From IMG/VR virus record IMGVR_UViG_2675903060_000001, positions 32,001 through 96,000 of that record: 64,000 nt of DNA, one strand, 5' to 3'. Numbering within the stretch: position 1 is the stretch's first letter; each line of letters opens with the position of its first letter. The notes below the pieces were generated by a model that saw only the letters and a program-made list of their open reading frames with translations, did not search any database and was not told the DNA's origin. Shown piece after piece: positions 36,007-44,863 of this stretch. Made by a program: the position numbers and the translations under genes. Origin of the DNA: a virus (Duplodnaviria > Caudoviricetes).

Positions 36007-37341
36007 TCACGCAGCAGTGATCAACTCGTGGAACTCGCGGGCCTGTGCCTGGTCGGGCCACCGCGACATCAAGATCGCATCCAGGCGCACCAGCTCCGCC
36101 CGCACCGACTGTGAACCCGCCTCCGTCGCGATCACCAACGCCTCACCCGCCGTCATCGCCGCCTCGTCGGGTGCCTGCGCGGCGGCGTGCGCGTGCGCCA
36201 GCCGCGCCATGTAGCTGGCCTTGTCCCGGCGCTGCGTCGGCCGCAACCCCGTGATGCAGCTCGTCAGCAGATCGACGGCCTCACCGGGCCGCCCCGCCTC
36301 CAGGTACGCCGTCGCCGCCTCCGCGTCCCCGAAACGCGAGCCGTAGAACCGCAGATACCCCGGCGTCTCCTCGCCCGGCGACACGGCCAGCAACTCGCCC
36401 GCACGCTCCATGTCCGCGTCCGGTCGGCCGCCGGCGAGCGCCCGGCCGCGCGCCAGGTAGGCGTGACCGATGCCGGCCAGCACGGGCGGGATCGGCCACG
36501 ACGGGTTGACCGCCTGCTCGGCCAGGTCCAGCGCGGTCCGGTGGTCACGCCCGTCAAGCGCCAGCGACGCCTTGCGGAGCTGCATGTACGTCACCATCGG
36601 GTAGTCGCCGCTGTCCATCGCCCACAGCGCGGCGCGCTCGGCCCAGGCCAGGCAGCCGGACAGGTCCCCGGCCTCCTTGCTCAACCAGCTCAGGTGCTCG
36701 GCGTACGCGCCCTGCACCGTGCGGAGCTTCCGGCGGGTGGCCGCGTCGCACGACTGCCGGATCTGCTCGATCCCGTCCAGCCGCTTCCGCAGCGCCTCGA
36801 TGTGCACCGCGGGCGGGAACAGGTGGTGCGCGTCCTGGTGCCCGACGAGGAACCGGGTGGCGTAGGCGACCGGGTCCTCGTCGCGAGGCCAGGCGGGAGC
36901 CGACACCGCGGCGGCGGGTGCGGCCGGGAGGACTCCGGCGCCGCCGGCTGCGAGAAGCCCGAGGAGCGTGCGGCGAGACAACGACACGTGGACCACCTTC
37001 CCGGCGATGCTGATCGGCACGGTGACCGCGTCGTCATCAGGGTAATCGCCGCCGTTCGACATGGACATCTCCAGGATGCCCGGAATGGTGTTGCGCGGCG
37101 GAAAGAGTGTTGCGTTTTGTGTTGCGCCTTGCCGCAACACCACAAGAAGGCCGTCCGTGTGAAGTACCTGGTCAACGGCCTTCACCGCAGAAGGCGACAG
37201 CCGGGCCAGGCCGTTCTCGGCGCGGGAGATGCGGCTCGGGTCCACGCGCGCCGCCTTGGCTAAGCCCCGGACGCTGAGCCCTTGAGCCTCGCGGAAATGG
37301 CGCATGACCTGCCCGAACAGGACTGCTGTGCCGTCTGGCAT
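36007..37341 (-). CDS. XRE-family HTH regulator with helical-repeat C-terminal region
   Basis: FGQVMRHFREAQGLSVRGLA...ISRAENG; LSRRTLL linker; GGAGG RBS. Confidence 0.88.
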   Translation of the reverse strand: MPDGTAVLFGQVMRHFREAQGLSVRGLAKAARVDPSRISRAENGLARLSPSAVKAVDQVLHTDGLLVVLRQGATQNATLFPPRNTIPGILEMSMSNGGDYPDDDAVTVPISIAGKVVHVSLSRRTLLGLLAAGGAGVLPAAPAAAVSAPAWPRDEDPVAYATRFLVGHQDAHHLFPPAVHIEALRKRLDGIEQIRQSCDAATRRKLRTVQGAYAEHLSWLSKEAGDLSGCLAWAERAALWAMDSGDYPMVTYMQLRKASLALDGRDHRTALDLAEQAVNPSWPIPPVLAGIGHAYLARGRALAGGRPDADMERAGELLAVSPGEETPGYLRFYGSRFGDAEAATAYLEAGRPGEAVDLLTSCITGLRPTQRRDKASYMARLAHAHAAAQAPDEAAMTAGEALVIATEAGSQSVRAELVRLDAILMSRWPDQAQAREFHELITAA

Positions 37342-37388
37342 CTCGCCTCCCGAGGTGTTGCGCCTAGGCGCAACACAAGACGCAACAC
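37107..37388. repeat. 35-bp inverted repeat pair (37107-37141 and 37354-37388) bracketing the XRE HTH segment
   Basis: GGTGTTGCGCCTAGGCGCAACACAAGACGCAACAC vs reverse complement of internal copy, 32/35 identical. Confidence 0.8.
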
Positions 37389-37534
37389 CCAGTTTGCCAA
37401 CAAGGCTGCGACAGGAGCAGCGTGTTGTTCAACCCGAGTTCCGATCGCAGGGTAACTCCCGAAGCCGGAGGTCTGCTATGCGCGACGCAGCGATAGCACG
37501 CCGTGAAAGCCCGAGGCGTGGCATGCAGCCTTGC

Positions 37535-38323
37535 TCAGTCCTCCAGCTCGATCGTGTACCGCAAGATCGACATGTGGGTCGGGATCACGTAGAGCGTCAC
37601 CTTGACCGGCTCGCCCGCCTCGTTGACGGTGACGTGCTGGATGTCGAACACCCGCTGATCCTCGGTCATCGACAAGAACTCGATCTCGTCCGGCTCGGGC
37701 GGGCGCACGCTGATGGTCTCAGTAAGCCTCTTCTGTCGCTGGCCCAGGTCTGCGAGCCGGCTACTGATGCCGCCGACGCCGGTGTCTTCGTCCTCGATCT
37801 GGGTGCCTTCGGCGATCGAGAGCGGGATGTAGCTGATCGCGATCTGGTAGGGCACATGCCGCGCGCCCGGCGCTGGCACGATCTTCATGTAGCGGGCCCG
37901 CATGACGGTGGACACCTCACCGGAGCTCACGCCCAGCAGGTCGGCTACGCGCTTCGGTGGCGCCACGCGGTCGATGATGTTGCGGGTGTCGTAGCTGAGA
38001 TCGCGCTCGGCCAGCTCGGAGGCGAACGCGCCACGGGCGCCGCCTCGCTCCCTGCGGGTCTTGCTGTGGCGGACGGAGGCGTCTCGGACGATCGGCATGA
38101 TGTCGCGGACGATCGTGCCAACGCCTCGGTGGACGCGGACCCAGCCTTCTGCCACGAGGATGCGCAGCGCCCGGTTCACGGTGACGCGGGTGACGCCGTA
38201 CTGCTCGGCCAGCTCCACTTCGGTGGGCAGCTTCTGGCCAAGTGGATACGTACCGTCTTCGATCTTCGCGCGGATGTCGTGGGCGACCTCCCGGAAGATG
38301 CTCGTGCTTCGCGCGGATGTCAT
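37535..38323 (-). CDS. GntR/UTRA repressor, KorA/TraR/KorSA-like transfer regulator
   Basis: KLPTEVELAEQYGVTRVTVNRAL...GVGTIVR; divergent from the transfer operon. Confidence 0.9.
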   Translation of the reverse strand: MTSARSTSIFREVAHDIRAKIEDGTYPLGQKLPTEVELAEQYGVTRVTVNRALRILVAEGWVRVHRGVGTIVRDIMPIVRDASVRHSKTRRERGGARGAFASELAERDLSYDTRNIIDRVAPPKRVADLLGVSSGEVSTVMRARYMKIVPAPGARHVPYQIAISYIPLSIAEGTQIEDEDTGVGGISSRLADLGQRQKRLTETISVRPPEPDEIEFLSMTEDQRVFDIQHVTVNEAGEPVKVTLYVIPTHMSILRYTIELED

Positions 38324-38338
38324 GTCTCTAACCCTATC

Positions 38339-38400
38339 GGTAGGAACTACCCTCCCGTCTTCAGGCTTGACGTAGTTCCTAAAAAGGAGTAGGAACTACC
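38339..38400. promoter_or_regulatory. Divergent promoter region with probable GntR operator
   Basis: TAGGAACTAC at 38341 and 38390, inverse GTAGTTCCTA at 38372; TTGACG -35 at 38367. Confidence 0.7.
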
Positions 38401-38420
38401 TATAGAAAGACGCGAGCCGA

Positions 38421-38525
38421 GGCGCTGGAACGCCGGAGTTCGTGAAGCACGACAGATCCCACCTGGTGCTGGAACACCGGCGGAGATCCCCAGGAACGCA
38501 AGACGGCCCCCGGTGCTGGAACACC
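38421..38525 (+). repeat. Three GGYG-CTGGAA-CRCC hairpins in operon leader
   Basis: Copies at 38421, 38465, 38512; compensatory stem change in the first. Confidence 0.7.
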
Positions 38526-38571
38526 GGAGGCCGCCGACTCAGGTCACTCCTCGCGAAAAGAGATCAACCTG

Positions 38572-39045
38572 ATGCCGTCCATCATCGCACCACGCCCGCC
38601 CGGCGTGAACCACAGGCCGGCCCCGCAGCCGCGCCTCTCCCTGGAGATGCGGCTCCGCAACGAACGCCGCACGCTCGCTCCCCAGCTCGCCAACCCCGCG
38701 CGGCCCTGCCGCGCCGACGCCTCGGCCTGGGACGAGAACGGCACCCAGGACGACGCCCGCGCTCTCTGCTACGGCTGCCCCATCCAGGCAGCGTGCGGGA
38801 CGGTCGCCGTCATCGACGAAGCGATTATCCTCGCCGACAGGGGCCACACGGCTATCCACGCGGTCGTGTCCGGCACCCGCGGCGGCGTGACCGCCCGCGC
38901 TCGCCGACCGGCCGTGCTCAAGCTGGCCGACCGGATCATCACCGACCGCATGGCTCGCGCCGAGCAGGCCCGCGCCGACGCCGAGCGCCAGCAGGCCGAG
39001 GCCGAGGCCGAGGCCGACGCCCAGAAGGCGGGAGCGGCGGCATGA
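38572..39045 (+). CDS. WhiB-like Fe-S protein
   Basis: PC...ARALCYGCPIQAAC...GTRGGVT..R (four Cys plus degenerate GVWGG). Confidence 0.65.
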   Translation: MPSIIAPRPPGVNHRPAPQPRLSLEMRLRNERRTLAPQLANPARPCRADASAWDENGTQDDARALCYGCPIQAACGTVAVIDEAIILADRGHTAIHAVVSGTRGGVTARARRPAVLKLADRIITDRMARAEQARADAERQQAEAEAEADAQKAGAAA

Positions 39046-39383
39046 TCCTCGAAGCTGACCGTGGCAACCACATCAACAGTCACGACGCACCCGACGCCGC
39101 GCCCGGCATGCCCGGCGGCTTCTGCCACCTGATGAGATCCGAGAATAACCCGGACCTCACGTACCACGAGCGGATCGTCACACTCGGCGGCACCCCCGGC
39201 GACCCTCAGGCGGGCACCCGCGACGAGCCGATCGTCACGTGGCGGGCGCTCTGCGTGGACGTCTGCCCCCCGTTGAACGGAGCCGGCGTGTTCGACTGCC
39301 TCGGCTGCTCCGTCCGCCATCGGTCGGGCACGCTGGCCGACGCCCAGCAGCACGTCACCTCCTGCAAGGGGGGTGCGGCGTGA
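39042..39383 (+). CDS. Hypothetical protein with Zn-binding motif
   Basis: CLGC...AQQHVTSC; ATGA overlap. Confidence 0.6.
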   Translation: MILEADRGNHINSHDAPDAAPGMPGGFCHLMRSENNPDLTYHERIVTLGGTPGDPQAGTRDEPIVTWRALCVDVCPPLNGAGVFDCLGCSVRHRSGTLADAQQHVTSCKGGAA

Positions 39384-39895
39384 TCACGAGAATCACTCTC
39401 GCCACGCTGGCCCTCGCCGCCCTGCCGATGGCCGCCGCCAGCCGGTGCGCGCCCGAGGCGAACGCGGCCGGCGGCGCTGTGGTGCCGGGCACGTCGTGCC
39501 GGGCTGGGCTGACCAGCTCGCAGGCGGCCAACGCCCGCGCCGTGCTCGGCGTGGCCGACGAGATGGGGCTGGGGACGCGGGCGAAGGTCATCGCCATCGC
39601 CACCACCCTCCAGGAGTCCGGCCTGGACGAGACCACGGTCGGCGACGGCGGCCAGGCGGTCGGCGTGTTCCAGCAGCACCCGCACTGGGGCCGCAACCGC
39701 ACCGACCCGGCCACGTCCGCGCGCCGCTTCTACTCCCGGCTCGTCAAGGTGCCGCGCTGGGACACCCGGCCGCTGACCGAGGCGGCCCAGGCCGTCCAGC
39801 GGTCCGCGTTCCCGAACGCGTACGCCAAGCACGAGACCCGCGCCAAGAAGATCGTCGCCACCCTCTCCTCCCGCTCGTGCAAGGGGGCCCGCTGA
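39380..39895 (+). CDS. Secreted lysozyme-like/cell-wall-acting domain protein
   Basis: Signal peptide; IAIATTLQESGL..GVFQQ..WG..AAQAVQRSAFP.AYAK domain found in actinobacterial M23/NlpC proteins. Confidence 0.7.
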   Translation: MITRITLATLALAALPMAAASRCAPEANAAGGAVVPGTSCRAGLTSSQAANARAVLGVADEMGLGTRAKVIAIATTLQESGLDETTVGDGGQAVGVFQQHPHWGRNRTDPATSARRFYSRLVKVPRWDTRPLTEAAQAVQRSAFPNAYAKHETRAKKIVATLSSRSCKGAR

Positions 39896-40146
39896 TGAGC
39901 CTGTTCAACCTGGCGCACGCCATGGGCAGACCCGGCCAGAACACCCGGACCTCGCTCGGCGTGCACATGTCGCCGACCGGTGAGCCGTGCTCGCTGTACC
40001 GCGACCCCGACAGCCGCGAGATCGAGCACGTGATCGAGCGCGACGTGGACGGCGTCGAGGTGGAGGTTCGGGCCGCCGGCGCGTGCCCCGCGCTCAACCT
40101 GGCGCCCGCCATCGAGACGACCGGGACGACGACGATCCCCACGTGA
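39895..40146 (+). CDS. Hypothetical protein
   Basis: TGATG overlap. Confidence 0.55.
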   Translation: MSLFNLAHAMGRPGQNTRTSLGVHMSPTGEPCSLYRDPDSREIEHVIERDVDGVEVEVRAAGACPALNLAPAIETTGTTTIPT

Positions 40147-40192
40147 TCCACCCACCTATCCACCCTGCACGTCCACCAGAGGAGATGACCCC

Positions 40193-41275
40193 GTGACCAC
40201 CCAGCCCAGCACTCAAGGCCACACGCGATGGCCGTTGTGGGGCCTGCTCGTGTTCTGCGGGGGCATCTCCCTGACCCTGAGCGTCATGCACGCGATGGAG
40301 AAGGCCGCAGACGGAGACGATCTGGCTCTGGTGAAGGGCTTCCTGATCGGCATCGCGCCGGTCATCGCCGCCGCGTTCCTAGCGCATCTGCTCACCGACC
40401 CCTACGCCTCCCCCTTCCTGAAGGGCGGCGTCGGGATGGTGTTCCTGGGCGGCATGGCGCTCAGCGTGAGCGCACAGAAGGCGGTCGTGATGCCCTTCGT
40501 TGAAGGTGACGAAGGGCTCGCGACCCTCTTCCCGATCATGCTCGACCTGTCCACGATCGTGGCGCTCCTGGCGCTGTCCGGAGTCGGCTACTCCTACAAC
40601 CGGGCCGTCCAGTTGGAAGCGCTCCGCGAGGAACTCCTGCCCGCGCTCACACGGGAACTGGAGGAGAAGTTCGCGGCGGAACTGGCCGCCCGCGAGACGG
40701 AACTGCGGGCGGAACTCGGGCGGAACAAGGAGAGGGAAATCGCGGAACTCCGGAGGGAACTCACGGAGGAACGCCGGGCGGAACTCGTGGACGTCCGGAG
40801 GGAACTCACGGAGGAACACGGCAGGGAACTCGCGAAGATCCAGCAGGCGCACAGCGAGGAACTGACCGAACAAGAGCAAGCCCTCCGGAACGAGTTCGCG
40901 ACCCGCTGGGCACACGCTGAGGAGCAGATTCGGAACGATGCCGAAGCCCGAATCCAGGACCGGGTCCGGGACGCCGAGATTGCAGCCGAGGCCCGCGTCC
41001 GGCTGGAGCTGACGAGGAGCGGCACCGCGAGTAAAGGGCCGCGCAAGGCGCTCGGCCGGGGCACCAAGGACGACCGCAAGCCGCAGGTGAGCGTGCGCGA
41101 CCGCGCCGCCGCCCTGCTCCGCGACACCCCTGACATGAAGGCGAGCGACCTCGCCACCGCCCTGGACTGCACACCGAAGTACGCCCGCGACCTGATCAAG
41201 GAGTTGGTGCCTGGTCGTGGAAACGGCCAGGACGAAACCGGCGAAGGCGGGGTGCGTCTCCATGCGGTCCCGTAG
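40193..41275 (+). CDS. SpdB2/DUF2637-like spread protein (4 TM, coiled coil, C-terminal HTH)
   Basis: ISLTLSVMHA..IAPV..MALS..LFPIMLD; E/R/L coiled coil; ASDLATALDCTPKYARDL. Confidence 0.7.
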   Translation: MTTQPSTQGHTRWPLWGLLVFCGGISLTLSVMHAMEKAADGDDLALVKGFLIGIAPVIAAAFLAHLLTDPYASPFLKGGVGMVFLGGMALSVSAQKAVVMPFVEGDEGLATLFPIMLDLSTIVALLALSGVGYSYNRAVQLEALREELLPALTRELEEKFAAELAARETELRAELGRNKEREIAELRRELTEERRAELVDVRRELTEEHGRELAKIQQAHSEELTEQEQALRNEFATRWAHAEEQIRNDAEARIQDRVRDAEIAAEARVRLELTRSGTASKGPRKALGRGTKDDRKPQVSVRDRAAALLRDTPDMKASDLATALDCTPKYARDLIKELVPGRGNGQDETGEGGVRLHAVP

Positions 41276-41495
41276 CCGGAGTTCCGGCCCGTCTTCCTCC
41301 CGCGCAGGAGCGCCGGTTCCGCCCGGAGTTCCCTCAGCAGTTCCGCCCCGAGTTCCCTCCGTACCGAGGGCCAGTTCCCTCTCGAGTTCCCCCCGTAGTT
41401 CCCTCAGCAGTTCCCCGCGAGTTCCCTCCGCGCCGGGGGCCAGTTCCCTCCCGAGTTCCCCGTTCCAGTTCCCTCGCCGGACCCCAAGGAGTTCC
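40630..41495. repeat. Convergent hexamer fields: GGAACT x11 (40630-40863) and AGTTCC x13 (41280-41495); candidate clt/TraB recognition locus
   Basis: Counted by eye; right field mostly 11-13 or 22-23 bp spacing with a ~70-bp tandem duplication (41327/41397). Confidence 0.75.
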
Positions 41496-41498
41496 CCT

Positions 41499-41942
41499 TT
41501 GAACGCCACCGACATCCTCGCCCGCTACATGCCGATCCCGGTCCGGGACATGGCGAGCGGCGACATCCTCGCCGGCGAACTCGTCTACGGCCCCGGCCTC
41601 GAACCCCACCAGGTGACCGTGCTGCTGCCCGGCCAGCGGCCGATGCTCGTCCCGCACGCCGACCTCGCCGCCTGCCTCACCCGCACCGTGCGGGTCGAGC
41701 TCGCCGGCGGCCTACGGCTGACCATGTTCCCGCAGGCCACGGGCGAGTCCGTGGTGTGGGAGCTGTCCAGCCCGGCCGCGGCCGACGTGGAGAAGCGGGT
41801 GACGCTGCTGCTCGTGCGGGTCGGCGTCGGCTGGCTGCTGCCGTACCTGGCGGCGGCGGCCGACGCGGCTCCGGCCGGGGTCGATCTGCCGGTCGTGGAC
41901 TGGGATTCGGCGGCGGCCGAGTGGTTCGGAGAGAACCCGTGA
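41499..41942 (+). CDS. Divergent SsgA-like protein
   Basis: AAGGAG RBS then TTG; ELVY..EPHQVTV...DL..L...ELSSP...L.PYL...PAG...VDWD pattern. Confidence 0.5.
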   Translation: MNATDILARYMPIPVRDMASGDILAGELVYGPGLEPHQVTVLLPGQRPMLVPHADLAACLTRTVRVELAGGLRLTMFPQATGESVVWELSSPAAADVEKRVTLLLVRVGVGWLLPYLAAAADAAPAGVDLPVVDWDSAAAEWFGENP

Positions 41943-42115
41943 TCGCGACTCTCTGTGACCGGCCCGCCAAGGCGCTGAGCCTGGGCACCCCCGCAGGTAG
42001 GCCAGTCAGGAGCCTCTCCAGGGGGGCTCAAGGTGGGCACAGCCTCATGCATGCGCGTGCGCGCGAGACACGCTACCGCACACCACGCACAGTTACCAGC
42101 ATCGAGGAGATGTTC

Positions 42116-42376
42116 ATGCCCCGGACGCGCCGCCCGCGCCGCGCAGACCCCCGTGAGAACAGGGGCAAGTCCAACGCGCGCAAGCTCGCCGCCGCCGAGG
42201 CCAGCGGCGACTGGCGGGAGTACTACGTCATCGCCTCCCAGTGGGTGATGGCCGAGGCCAAGCACATCGGCTACATCGATCCCGCCAAGGAGAACGACAT
42301 CTACAGGGCGCTCGCCGCGCCCCTCGCGAGCGCCGCGAAGCGGCTGAACGAACAGACCTGGAGTCTCCATGCCTAA
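42116..42376 (+). CDS. Hypothetical protein
   Basis: GAGGAG RBS. Confidence 0.65.
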   Translation: MPRTRRPRRADPRENRGKSNARKLAAAEASGDWREYYVIASQWVMAEAKHIGYIDPAKENDIYRALAAPLASAAKRLNEQTWSLHA

Positions 42377-42923
42377 CACCCCCGCCCAGGACGACTGGCT
42401 GAAGGACGTCATCCCGAGCGCTCCCAGCGAGCCCGCCGGGCCGACTCCGCCTGATCCGGCCGCCGCGCCGCCCCCGGCGACCGGCCCGCACGAGACGCAC
42501 GACGAGCTGGACGACGCCGACCCGGACGAGCCCAAGGTCCGGCCGGCCCGGCGCGGACCGATCGCCGCCATCGCCCACTTCTACGGCATGGCCGCTGAGG
42601 ACCGGGCCGCGCGCAGGCGGCGTGGCAACGGCACCAACTGGTGGATGCGGTGGATGAGCGAACAGCCCACCAGCGTCGAGGCCCATCTCTTCTACTACCT
42701 GCACGAGCGGTTCGCCCGCCGCGACGGCCGGAAGGGCTGGGACCTCGACACGCACTCTCCGCTGGTGAACTTCGTGTTCGCCTGCTTCTACCGCGCGTAC
42801 GGACTGACGATCGGGCTGCTGTTCGGCTGCCTGCTGCCGTACGCGTTCGGGTGGATCAACCAGAGGCCCGGCCGTGGGCTGCTGGCGTTCGTCCTCATCG
42901 TGGCCTCGATCTGGCACCCCTGA
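42369..42923 (+). CDS. Membrane protein (transfer/spread region)
   Basis: Pro-rich N-terminus, EQPTS motif, C-terminal TM segments, WINQRPGR. Confidence 0.7.
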   Translation: MPNTPAQDDWLKDVIPSAPSEPAGPTPPDPAAAPPPATGPHETHDELDDADPDEPKVRPARRGPIAAIAHFYGMAAEDRAARRRRGNGTNWWMRWMSEQPTSVEAHLFYYLHERFARRDGRKGWDLDTHSPLVNFVFACFYRAYGLTIGLLFGCLLPYAFGWINQRPGRGLLAFVLIVASIWHP

Positions 42924-42953
42924 CCGAAACGAAGTGAAAGGAGGCATGACGCG

Positions 42954-43451
42954 ATGGTTACCGCAGTTCTCGGGGTTGCGCTGCTGCTGCTGATCAAGGT
43001 CATCAACAATGCGATGAAGGGCAACCGCCTCCGGGCGGTCAAGTTCCTCGTCGGCGGAGGCGGCGGTGGAGGTGGACCCCAGGGCGCCCCTGGCGCTCAG
43101 GGCGGGCCTGCACGGGGCCCCTCCGCAGCCTGGCTGCCGTTGATCAAGCTGGTCGTGTCCGCGCTGGCGGGCTGGTGCTTCTGCTCCGAATGGTTCTCCA
43201 GCACCTTCCTCCAGTGGGCGGACTTCCACATCGGCCCGCTGTCGTGGCTGATCGCCCCGATCCTGTTCTGCCTGGGCTGGCTGGTCGTGGACTTCGTGGA
43301 CCGGGGCGGCATCAAGCCGCTGTCGAACAAGCTGGCGTTCGCACTGCCGATGCTGATCGCGGCCACCCACGGCACCCTGCACGACTGGATCGTCTACCTG
43401 CCGTCACAGCCCGACACGATCATCGTCCAGACGCTCGACGCCTGGCTGTAG
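42954..43451 (+). CDS. Membrane protein (transfer/spread region)
   Basis: AAGGAGG RBS; several TM segments. Confidence 0.7.
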   Translation: MVTAVLGVALLLLIKVINNAMKGNRLRAVKFLVGGGGGGGGPQGAPGAQGGPARGPSAAWLPLIKLVVSALAGWCFCSEWFSSTFLQWADFHIGPLSWLIAPILFCLGWLVVDFVDRGGIKPLSNKLAFALPMLIAATHGTLHDWIVYLPSQPDTIIVQTLDAWL

Positions 43452-43461
43452 GAGGCAATCC

Positions 43462-44790
43462 GTGGACCCGCTGACGTTGTCGCTGATCGTCGCATGGGCG
43501 ATCGTGCGCGCCCTGGGCGAGACGGCCTGGTACGGCTACCAGTCCGTCCGGCAGATCCCCGCCCGCCGGCGGCGCGCGATCGACGTCGGCTACGACCCGG
43601 CCGCTCCCGAGACGAAGCCGTTCACGTGGGAGCGGGTGTTCCGCCGCCGCGCTGAGGGCCGTCACGCCGCCGCGGCGGTGTGCGCGCTCGGCGCGATGGC
43701 GCGAGGTGTTCTCTCGCTGATCGGCTCGCCGTTCACTCTGGCCCGTCAGGCGGGCGAGGGATGGCAGGCCGGGTGGGACGAGCAGCGCCGCCGCCTCGCC
43801 GAGAACGAGGAGTGGAAGGCGTGGTGGAAGGACTGGAAGGGGTGGTGGCTGGACCGGCCCGCGCCGGAGCCGGGGACGACCCGGCGGCCCCGTTTCCGCC
43901 GCCCTGACCCTGACGCTCCCGTACGGCCGAACCGCCGGCCCGCCAACACGTCCAGGCCACGGCCCAGCAGCGACGGAAGCGACGCTGCGCGGCCGACTGT
44001 GCGGGGCACCGTCGTGGACAGTCGCCGTCCGACGCCGGAACGTCCGGTCACCGGCGAGCGTCCGGCCCGGCGCCGCTCGGGTGACCGGCGACCGGTGTAC
44101 GTGCCCCCCGCCCAGCGGACCACACCTCGCCGGCCACGGCCACTCATCGACCTCTCCATCACCCTCGACCTCCAGCGCGACCACCCGCGGCGTACGCACC
44201 CCGGCCAGCTCGCAGGGCCGGCCGCGACCGGTGCCGCGCCGACGCTCGTGGCCGTCATCGACCGCCCCGCTCCCGCACCCCCGGCGGTCACGAACGAGAC
44301 GATTCCGGCAGCACCCGCACCGGCACTCACCGAAGGAGACCCTGACATGTCCGGACAGATCGCCACCCGCAGCGCAGGAACCGCCACCGCGACGCGCGGC
44401 GGAGGAACGTCCGCGCCCGCTCCTGTCGCCGTCAGGCACGAGGACGCCAAGCGCATCGGCGAGGCCATCGTCAAGCGCGTCGCGTCCCGTCTCCAAGAGA
44501 TCGAAGCCCTCAAGGACCACATCAAGAGCGACATGGAGTGGATCTCCTCCCAGATCGATGACCTGGAAGCGGCCGGGATCGGTGGTGACCTGGTCGCCAA
44601 CTGGTGCTTTGCCCTCACGGACGGCGAGATCGTCCACCAGACCGCCGTCAAGCTCACCAGCGACACCGTCACCATGCACGGGTCCGCCCGTGACGCGCTC
44701 GCCGCGCAACGCCGCGCCGGAGACACGATGGCCGCCGCCAAGCGGCAGGTGGGCGAGGAGAACGTCGCCGCCAACAAGGACTACTACTGA
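43462..44790 (+). CDS. Transfer-associated protein (N-terminal TM, Pro/Arg linker, C-terminal helical domain)
   Basis: GGAGG RBS; MDPLTL start; internal GAAGGAG-N7-ATG at 44347. Confidence 0.7.
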   Translation: MDPLTLSLIVAWAIVRALGETAWYGYQSVRQIPARRRRAIDVGYDPAAPETKPFTWERVFRRRAEGRHAAAAVCALGAMARGVLSLIGSPFTLARQAGEGWQAGWDEQRRRLAENEEWKAWWKDWKGWWLDRPAPEPGTTRRPRFRRPDPDAPVRPNRRPANTSRPRPSSDGSDAARPTVRGTVVDSRRPTPERPVTGERPARRRSGDRRPVYVPPAQRTTPRRPRPLIDLSITLDLQRDHPRRTHPGQLAGPAATGAAPTLVAVIDRPAPAPPAVTNETIPAAPAPALTEGDPDMSGQIATRSAGTATATRGGGTSAPAPVAVRHEDAKRIGEAIVKRVASRLQEIEALKDHIKSDMEWISSQIDDLEAAGIGGDLVANWCFALTDGEIVHQTAVKLTSDTVTMHGSARDALAAQRRAGDTMAAAKRQVGEENVAANKDYY

Positions 44791-44863
44791 TCAGCTCAGC
44801 GCGCCGGGCCGAGCCCGGCGCTTCAGCCCCTCACCGACACGACCTGGAAGGAACCCCGCCGTC

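Noticed and set aside
41217-41498. Ser/Pro-rich N-terminal extension of ORF 41217..41942
   Set aside because: It is the translation of the AGTTCC repeat field; the RBS supports a TTG start at 41499
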